The position numbers and the translations under genes were made by a program. A stretch of 46,612 bases of DNA, counting the filler, from Catajapyx aquilonaris (lineage: Eukaryota): NCBI GenBank assembly GCA_000934665.2. It is 2 parts of 2 records of this genome, joined end to end, with 100 filler letters (N's around TTAATTAATTAA, not from the genome) between each part and the next. Parts side by side here need not be neighbours in the genome. Positions count along the whole stretch, not along the records: positions 23,437 to 46,612 come from JYFJ02005718.1; 1 more part is not named here. The stretch is one strand, 5' to 3'. Shown piece by piece: positions 38,904 to 46,612 of this stretch. The notes beneath the pieces are model-generated. The model ran no database searches. It was not told the origin of the DNA and worked only from the letters and a program-made list of their open reading frames with translations. How positions within the stretch are numbered: the first letter of the stretch is position 1; every line of letters starts with the position of its first letter.

Positions 38904-39104
38904 TGAGGGTACAACAATAACTTCACCTGAATAATGGTCCTTCCGGCTCCATTGTTGCTGAAAGACGTTGCCATATCTCCGTGGGATTTTCACCTGGGAG
39001 GCTCTTAACTTTATTTTTGGCAACACTTCAATGATTTTTATATCAAATTATGAGATGGTCGAGCCACCAAGTTGTCTGTCTTGACATGGAATGACCCAAC
39101 TACG

Positions 39105-39176
<72 letters not shown>
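39105..39176. repeat. (ATT)n microsatellite
   Basis: Direct reading. Confidence 0.95.
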
Positions 39177-39682
39177 TTTTTTTTTTTTTAATTATTATTT
39201 TGCTGCAATGGACTACTACTTTGCACATCATCATTATCAGGATCGAACTCTGAATCTTCGGTACTCTCATCCACATCGGTGTCATCAGGCAAAAGGTCAC
39301 TATTTAAGCCCAACTCGTGAGACACAGCTGCTCGCAGCTGCATCCTGCGCGCTGCAATAGTTGAAGACGGAGGGTTAGGGCGGTTTTGCTGCAGAAAAGG
39401 CATTCATAACCTTGCAGCAATAAAAACATTGTTTGATTTCTCACCGACAAATGGCAGGAACTGGACAATCTCAGTGTACTTTATTAGATATTTGAGTGTA
39501 GTATATGGAAGTGCGCGAAACTCAATTTGTGTCATTTGGTGGGTTAGGGCAGTATTGCACCGACCCCTTCAATTGAAAAACACAAACTTATCCAATTAAT
39601 AGGCCAGGCCTACACAGTTCTTTTTTACAATATAGTGATTTAAAAAATAATATAAACCTGCAAATTTTGACATACGGTAATA

Positions 39683-40415
39683 CAGGGTGTCCCTAAATGA
39701 TTGTCAACATTTGAAAGTTGTTTAATTTCTATTAGTTGTGGTGTGCAATGACAAGACAGACATAGAACGAAAGAGGACAATTGGGAGTTTTTATTGCACA
39801 CACTACAAGTGCTCAATATGAGCACCTTTCGTCACACGACACGATAGTCTAATTCTCTACACAGGCCAGCATGTCTGGTGTGATTGATTCCACAGCAGCA
39901 ACAATCCTGCGTTTCAACTCACACAGGCTGGTAGGTAGCCGTGGTACGAAGACCTGGTCCTTTACATATACCCACAGAGGAAAAAGTCACATGGGGTGAG
40001 GTCGGGAGACCTTGGCGGCCACTGGAGAAAAACCTGATCTTGCTGACCGGCATGTCCGATCCGCCGATCCTTGCCCTTGCAAAGGCATCCCGTCGTCTGA
40101 AACTTCTGGAACCACCGTTGAATTATTGTAGGGAGGGGCGTAACGTCGTCCGTACTGTCGCTGGAAGGCCTGCTGAACAGTAACTAGCGACCCAAGCTTT
40201 GCAAACTGCAGGACATGGAACGTTTTCTGTTCGGGAGACACCATTTTGTGGAGTGGCCCTGTGTGCCTCGTGGCAAAGTGCGGAACCAACTTTTCGGTGT
40301 GCAATAAAAACTCCCAAATGTCCTCTTTCGTTCTATGTATGTCTTGTCATTGCACACCGCAACTAATAGAAACTAAGCAACTTTCAAAAGTTGACAATCA
40401 TTTAGGGACACCCTG
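39683..40415 (-). mobile_element. Internally deleted Tc1/mariner element (DUF4817-type N-terminus)
   Basis: About 118-bp TIRs starting CAGGGTGTCCCTAAATGATTGTCAAC; minus-strand MVSPEQKTFHVLQFAKLGSLVTVQQAFQRQYG. Confidence 0.88.
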
Positions 40416-40445
40416 AGATTGACTTGCCATCTTCAGTCCCCTTTT

Positions 40446-41200
40446 TTACCTAGACTTGACATAATCTTTTGAAGATGACTTGAGCATCAGGAACATTTCG
40501 AAATTGTCATCAGACAGCCTGTTTCTGTGGGGTGTGTAAATGTGCCCCGCACAGCTGAACGCCCTTTCTACAGGAGCTGATGTTGGTAGGGCAGTGTTAT
40601 ATCTCAAAAATAACTTGTGAATAAGTGGGTATTGCAGCAGGGACTTAATTTCTTTTGATTTGTCACTCAAATACTTAAGGCACTCCATGTTGACAAGATC
40701 AGCTATTCAAATGGAAAGAATCCTTCCTCATCACCATCATCGATACTAGATATTGTATCATTATTAGTCTTCTCTTGCTGACTCTCATCATTAGCTTGCA
40801 CTTTTCCTGCTTACCCTAACAACAATTTTTGGAATTTGCTGGCCTCCTGGGTTTGATTGGTGATGACAAGCCAGTTCAACTTAAATTTTGGCACTGTCAT
40901 TGCAGCAAGAATGTACACTTTGCTTTTTGCATGTTCTAAATTCATCACATCACCAAATCGTTTATCTAATCCATCCAGAAGGGCCCTGACTAAGCTGGAA
41001 CAATACACTAAGTGAGTCAATTTTGAAAGCTTATCTTTCAATTGAAAGAGTGTTGGTAGCACATATCCAAAAAATAAATTATTTTCCCCTTGCAAAATGT
41101 CCAAAGCTTGGGCCAGAGGTTTCATCACCATGGCATACTCAATCAAAAAGTCGAGTTCATGAGGCTTGAATTTTGGCTTTTCCTATTTTTCACGAAGTAT
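40446..41200 (-). pseudogene. hAT transposase C-terminal remnant (dimerisation domain)
   Basis: MKPLAQALDILQGE...YVLPTL and LFLRYNTALPTSAPVERAFSCAG...RNRLSDDNFE; split by stop/frameshift; N-terminus missing. Confidence 0.92.
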
Positions 41201-42621
41201 TGGTAGTCTTTGACAGTAATGATCTGGAAAATTCAGATCTTTAGATCATAGATCTTTAGATCATAGATCTCATGAAAAAAGTAGGCTATCTAGATACAAG
41301 TACAGATACTCCGTTTTAAAAGTACCTAGATCAGGTCATAGATCACGTGTTTGGGATCTAGATCATTTTATCTAGATCCTGCCCAACACTGCCAGCTACG
41401 AACCTTAACTGAACGTACAGAACATACAGCACATTCACGAATGTTCACTTAATGTTCGTGTGTCAATTATTGGGGGGTGGGGGGGGTGTTATCNCTGCAG
41501 CTTTGGGGTGACAGCAGCACCGGTTCACACAGATTCACCAGCACCAATCACGGTTGTGCTTTCGGAATCTTACACTATTTTTTTAAAAAATATGCTGGCA
41601 TTCGGGTACAAGGTACAGGTCGTGGTACATGGGTGGTACGTGGTACTGTACAGGCGTCACCGTGATATACAAAGTATTTGAATGTAGGGTAGGCTATACT
41701 TCCCTACTCTGATGGTCTTCCCCCACCCGCACCCGCCTCCTACATCAGCCTGCTGTATATCTGTGCATAGTGCCATATGGTGCCGTGGGTCGGCGCTGAC
41801 TACAGTGTTCTAGCCAAAGCGACAACATGCGGCCAGTGTGAAAAGTACTTGGTCCCTCGTCTTTCGCCCATGCCTGGCCCGTGGCCTGGCCCATGCTTTC
41901 GCCCCCGTGCTTTCGTCCAACTTTCGCCTGACTAGGTCAGCCTGTTGAAACAATGGTTGAAACGTTGTTGAAACATACTTGAAGCTGCTTGAAGCATAGT
42001 GGCGCCTCATTCCCGGGCAATTTTAGCAATGAGAACAGCGCATATAAGCGGCCAGTGTTAAAAGTAAATGTATAGTACGAACTGGTAGTCTGCCAAGTCT
42101 GGTAGTACGAAGTCTCTGCTGGAGGCGTAGAAGCAAGTTTTGATCACGTTTTCCTACAGTGTGGATTCTTGTTCTCTCCATGCGTTAAGTAAGTGTCGCA
42201 TGTTAAAATGACAAGTCATTTATAACCCTGTAATGTCCCATGTTTCATATTTGCTACGTGACATTTCGAATTCTCCATTGTAGTCTGTAGGCATCACTAG
42301 TGAAATAAAGGCAGTTACTGGTCGTACTCGTACAGTACCCTAGTGCCATGTGCATGCAAAGCACGTTGCAAAGAAATGACCGCTGACTGACGCCTTTCGC
42401 AAAGTCAGTTGGGTGTACGTTGTGGATACTCTATCGGCCTATTTAAGGGTATATGTGTTGCTCCAGCATTAAACATACATTTTACTGTAAAATTGACAAC
42501 AATTTGAAAAAGCATATTGTCCATGTGCAAAACACAGAATGACTGTCAATTGTAACATTTACTCCCAGTGACTGGGACTATCTGCGTTGGTAACTTGTAG
42601 ATGGCTTGATGTAGAAGTGAC

Positions 42622-42656
42622 ATGTTGAACATTTTGGAGACAGGGACATTGCAGAT
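42622..42656 (+). CDS. Candidate start exon of second nested gene (exon 42601-42656)
   Basis: cttgtag acceptor at 42600, ATG at 42622, AT|GTAAGT donor in phase 2. Confidence 0.3.
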
Positions 42657-43045
42657 GTAAGTAACTTTGAGGGGTTCCAGTTAATCGAGGGGGACGATGA
42701 ACATGTGGAATCAGCTACTGCTGGTGACAAGCTGAGGACAAGCTTGACCATCTAATGGCACAGTACAGGTACAGTTTCCGCTGCCGTTGATGGTACCTCT
42801 ACATTTTTTGGTGCACCGTCAGGGTGGCACTGGTCAAACGCTCTTCAAGGAACCCTCCAAAAGTATTGTTATAGGCAGGGTAGCGTTATATGCTGGAAAA
42901 TTTACCTTATGGAAATTATCAAGGGACCGGAAAAAGGGCATTAAAAGCGGGAAAGCGTTATATGTGGGAGTGTTATATAGAGGTTCTACTGTACTAAAGT
43001 TGATAAATTTGTAGCAATTATAACATATAGGGCATTACAGGGTCA

Positions 43046-43192
43046 GGGCCGTTTTCTCGAACAGTGGTTCAAATGTAAACCCGATTCAAAGCCGGTTTAA
43101 ACCCTTGACAACAGCCTAACAACAATCAAATCAATGATTAAACTGGCTTTGAACCCGGTGTACATTTGAACCACTGTTCGAGAAAACGGCCC
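43046..43192. mobile_element. MITE, possibly PIF/Harbinger-like
   Basis: gggccgttttctcgaacagtggttcaaatgta ... tacatttgaaccactgttcgagaaaacggccc. Confidence 0.85.
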
Positions 43193-43244
43193 ATAATCAG
43201 TTAGTTTCATTGCTTGCATGCTGCTTTAACCTTGCAACCCATAG

Positions 43245-43462
43245 TATCTTTTTACGCAACAGCATAAATGGTGATGGGAACCTACAGTGCAGAAGACCAG
43301 CTAGTATAGGAGAAACAAGAGTTGAGTGGGCGAGCGGATGGTCCCGACTAAAAGACTGGCTAGCCATGCAGGAAGCTGGGTCTGAGAAGCTGTCCCATCT
43401 AGAGGGTGTGGCAAGCAGTAGCCAGGAGGATACTGCTACTGCTGAAGATGTGCTTGCAACTG
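43245..43462 (+). CDS. Candidate coding exon, unknown product
   Basis: cccatag acceptor (phase 2); open frame IFLRNSING...EDVLAT; G|GTATTT donor (phase 1). Confidence 0.4.
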
Positions 43463-43526
43463 GTATTTAGCTGCAATGAGGGGGGTGTTAGGGATTGGAC
43501 TTGCTTGACATACATTGTTTTTTCAG

Positions 43527-43660
43527 GTGAGGTTGCCATGTCGACAGTACTTAGTGATGTCACTGAGAGGAAGCAGTTTGAGCCGAGCTGCCTGCAGCCT
43601 AGTTCACCCAGTGAAATTCAGACAAAAGGATTTCCTGAAGCTGTAGTCAGGGATCCTAAG
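43527..43660 (+). CDS. Candidate coding exon, unknown product
   Basis: ttgttttttcag acceptor (phase 1) after a 64-nt intron; open frame EVAMSTV...VRDPK; AAG|GTTTGT donor. Confidence 0.45.
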
Positions 43661-44316
43661 GTTTGTAATTCAGGCATCTCTAGGTGCTATGGGCGCAGAT
43701 AAATGAGCCAGTCAGGGTCTTATGGCCACTATCTACTGGGAGAGAGTCAAGAAACGGGAAATGCACAGAAAAGTGCATAAAATGACGCACACTGCACACT
43801 GATCTTATTGAATTGTTCATTTCAATTAGTCATTCACACCCCCTTTTTTGTGTGGATGTGTGTGTGCACATTAGTTGATCCCACCAGTTGGCACTAGTGT
43901 CCTTCCTAAGCTGGGTCGTGCGAGTGGTTTACAATGGGTGTAATTGGTGGTTTGACAATTTGAATTGGGGTTTGGGAGGCTTTTGCCAGGATTGCCACAC
44001 AGCTTAGGTAGGGCATGAGAGCCGAATTGGAAACCCCACCTGGGTTAGGAAGATGAACTAAGTGTACTTACTACAGGGAATTACATAAGGCTGGGGTAGG
44101 AGTGTCTGTGGGTTGGACAGAACTACCTTACCCAAATCCCATAGTTTACGCGCGCCCCCAAAAAGTGGAGGGGTGGGGTAGTAAACAAAATGTGACAAAA
44201 AATCCCAGTGAAGATTACATGGACTTTAGAATTGATAATTATGAAGAGTAACAATGGAGCTAGAATGGCACCGAAGTTAAAGTTAATTTGACAGTTAACA
44301 ACTGAAACAAATATTA

Positions 44317-45162
44317 GGGGAGAGGGCTGTACCTTGAGTACAATGTACCTTGGAACACTCAATGTACCACAGCTCGTGTTGACATGTACCGGCCACTTTC
44401 TGAATCAAAGGATGCATATGCCCCCTAGTTAGAAGCAGACCCTAGCAGGTAGCCATTTTGGAGGTAGTGAGTGGCGGAGGTGTTTTTTCATACTCAAAAG
44501 TAAGTTTTTTGGCAGGCCTTTTGTCAATTATTGCTCCTGTCATATAACAGATTTGTAGTAGATGAAGTTCTGCTCTGAAGTGTACACCAATAGTCTACCG
44601 TGCTGAATCATTATTACCTACCAATCATGTAATGCACGAAAGAGAGGCAAGTTCATTTCTAAAAGTAGCCCTGCATGTACTATATCGCTCAAAAAGATAG
44701 AGACGATTGGCATTTGATTCAAGTGCAAGTTGCACTTGAGTCAAATGCAAAATCGTCTCTATCTTTTTGGGCGATATAGTACCTTGGAACACATCAGCTA
44801 GGGTGTTGTGTCAGGGTGTCATCAAGAATAGTGTTCAAAATTGGCTTTGAAAAGAATGAAAACTACAACGTGAAATAAAATATTTGCATTGTTGAGCCTA
44901 ATATCATGCTGGAAAATAAATTGTTCCAAGGATACATCAGATTGTTCCAAGGTACATCATGTTGTACCATGGAACATTTGCAACACTATCACATATTAAT
45001 TATTTTTAGTAAAGTTATTAGTGACATACAAAATGAGTAAGTTCCATTGTGTGGGCAACAATATGCTTTATACATGGACAGTTTCACTTGTTGAAAACAT
45101 GAACAACTTTACTAAATAAAAATAAATATTAAAAAAGTGTTCCATGGTACAGCCCTCTCCCC
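44317..45162. mobile_element. TA-flanked MITE (Tc1/mariner-pogo type)
   Basis: TA|GGGGAGAGGGCTGTACC ... GGTACAGCCCTCTCCCC|TA, with internal TGTACCTTGGAACA repeats. Confidence 0.85.
44677..44782. repeat. 106-bp near-perfect palindrome nested in the MITE
   Basis: gtactatatcgctcaaaaagatagagacgatt... / ...aatcgtctctatctttttgggcgatatagtac. Confidence 0.9.
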
Positions 45163-45672
45163 TACACTTTGGACAGTGAATTTCTGTGGGGTCTGGTAAT
45201 AATTTCTGTCACTACATTAATTTGTTAACGTAGCAGGACATTAATTTTAATAATGAACCTGAGGGGCCACACAAACCCAAAGACTGAATTGAAATTAATT
45301 ACAAAAAATTTGTCGCTGAATTAAAAATGTCGATATCTCATTTAAGTTTTCAGAATTTGCTACCACTTTGCTGAACTACATTTAACATTGTTATTTATTA
45401 ATAAATTAAAATGTGATGACATTGTGTATTTAGACCTCAGTGCAATGTGCTACGACAGTGGTCCCCAACCCCCGGGCCGCGGACCGGTACCGGTCCGTGG
45501 ATCAAGTGGTACCGGGCCGCCCAATTAGTGTATTTCCATTTCATTTTTTTCCACATTTATCGATATATCGTCTGATCTGGGGCCGTGGTACGGTATTTCT
45601 GGCCTTAGCAGGGTATTTCCAACGCTATACCCCTAGATGGAACCATCTCGTTGCAAAGAAACAAGCTCAGGG

Positions 45673-46121
45673 CAGGGAGCATATACTACATAAGAGGCGC
45701 AAACTTCTGTCGGGCCATTGTTGTTTGCGTCTCTCTGTTTATAGGGTGTTGCCAAGGCCGGCGGCCATCTTGACGTGTGTGGGATACCAACGAGGTATAA
45801 ATAGGGTACAGGCAAAAATAAGGTCCGCCATCTTTGATGGTTTTGGCTGCCATGGCAACTACACTGCAAGAACGCGCGCGAATTTGAATTCGATATTGGA
45901 AAATTTGTAAGTAAATTGTTATTGCCGTGTATTTCTATGGCAGCCAAAACTATCAAAGATAGCGGACCCCCGCGGACCTTGACTGCCTGCCTGTACCCTA
46001 TTTATACCTCTTTGACATACCACACACTTCAAGATGGCCGCCAGCCTTGGCAACGCGATAAACAGAGACCCGAAAAAAATCGAATGTTTGCGCCTATTAT
46101 GTAGTATAATTATGCTCCCTG
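45673..46121. mobile_element. Palindromic MITE with 7-bp TSD (P-element-like)
   Basis: CAGGGAGCATA ... TATGCTCCCTG; CTCAGGG duplicated at 45666-45672 and 46122-46128. Confidence 0.85.
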
Positions 46122-46189
46122 CTCAGGGTTCTCATTGATTTTGCGTTCTAGTGAGGTGACATGTTCAATCACTTTATATTCATTTTTTG

Positions 46190-46465
46190 AACCGAAGCAG
46201 GTTGGCATAGTGGATAAGGCGTCCGACTGCTAATCGGGAGGTCCTGGGTTCGAATCCCGCGGCCGGCAACTCTGACCGTGGTTTCCTGTGGTTTCCCACG
46301 GTCCTTCCAGGAAAATTCCGGAGTTGTTTCAGTAATTAATAGGCCACAGCCGCTTCCTTCCGTCCCTATCCTATCCCAAAAAAGGCAGTAAAATGAAAGC
46401 AAAGAGTTCCTGGCAAAACAAAAACTTCCCCCCTAAAGAGCCGATAGGCTGATAACGGGGTATGA

Positions 46466-46518
<53 letters not shown>
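46190..46518 (+). mobile_element. Full-length tRNA-derived SINE (family B, tRNA-Ser(GCT)-like head)
   Basis: A box TGGCATAGTGG, GACTGCTAATC arm, B box GGTTCGAATCC, (ATT)n tail; TSD tattcattttttg at 46177-46189 and 46519-46531. Confidence 0.93.
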
Positions 46519-46524
<6 letters not shown>

Positions 46525-46612
46525 TTTTTTGGTGTAACTATATTTTATTTTGAAACCATGTTTAAGTACAATAAAATGAGAATTATTAAATCAAAACCAT
46601 CTATACCCCCCC

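Larger units (their letters stand above)
37591..39570. mobile_element. Sola-like non-autonomous DNA transposon
   Basis: Perfect 30-bp TIR GAAGGGGTCGGTGCAATACTGCCCTAACCC with AATT on both sides; acidic ORF remnant at 39188-39403 (-). Confidence 0.85.
33753..41391 (-). mobile_element. hAT element expanded by nested insertions
   Basis: TIRs CAGTGTTGGG / CCCAACACTG; 8-bp TSD CCAGCTAC at 33745-33752 and 41392-41399; AGATC/TCTAGATC subterminal repeats at both ends; transposase remnant inside. Confidence 0.9.
45456..46612 (+). mobile_element. Non-autonomous hAT Buster/Charlie element (runs off the window end)
   Basis: 5' end CAGTGGTCCCCAACCCCCGGGCCGCGGACCGGTACCGGTCCGTGG; left flank tgcTAcga; reconstructed transposase tail TPRWNHLVAKKQAQGSH*. 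Confidence 0.85.

Noticed and set aside
41220..41380. CRISPR-like spaced AGATC repeats (also 33780-34260 and 36610-36735)
   Set aside because: Irregular short subterminal or tandem TE repeats in a eukaryotic context; no cas genes.
46190..46270. Functional tRNA-Ser gene
   Set aside because: Lacks the long variable arm and a proper acceptor stem; continues into a SINE body with tail and TSD.

Overview
Eukaryotic, probably large-genome insect/arthropod DNA (spliceosomal introns, tRNA-derived SINEs, many MITEs, TTAGG repeats, one 100-nt scaffold gap). It holds the 5' end of lethal(2) giant larvae (lgl) on the + strand: a CpG-rich promoter and non-coding exon (~13.3-13.7 kb), a start exon (CDS 14931-15014) and the next exon (20597-20694). 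That exon ends at a perfect minor-spliceosome (U12) donor, GTATCCTTTT. No canonical next lgl exon was found, so this U12 intron appears to exceed 25.9 kb. Inside it, on the same strand, are four phase-compatible U2-type exons (25219-30186) plus a long 3'UTR-like tract. They encode a disordered protein rich in short linear motifs (SxIP, 14-3-3, SH3-ligand, FFAT-like). A U2 donor 37 nt downstream of the U12 donor and a 52-nt candidate bridging exon would join them in frame to the Lgl N-terminus (555 aa). This suggests a major/minor spliceosome switch between two unrelated proteins, although an independent nested gene is not excluded. The intron also contains a second candidate nested gene (~42.1-43.7 kb) and a 7.6-kb hAT element carrying deeply nested transposons. 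Most ORFs in the supplied track are spurious.
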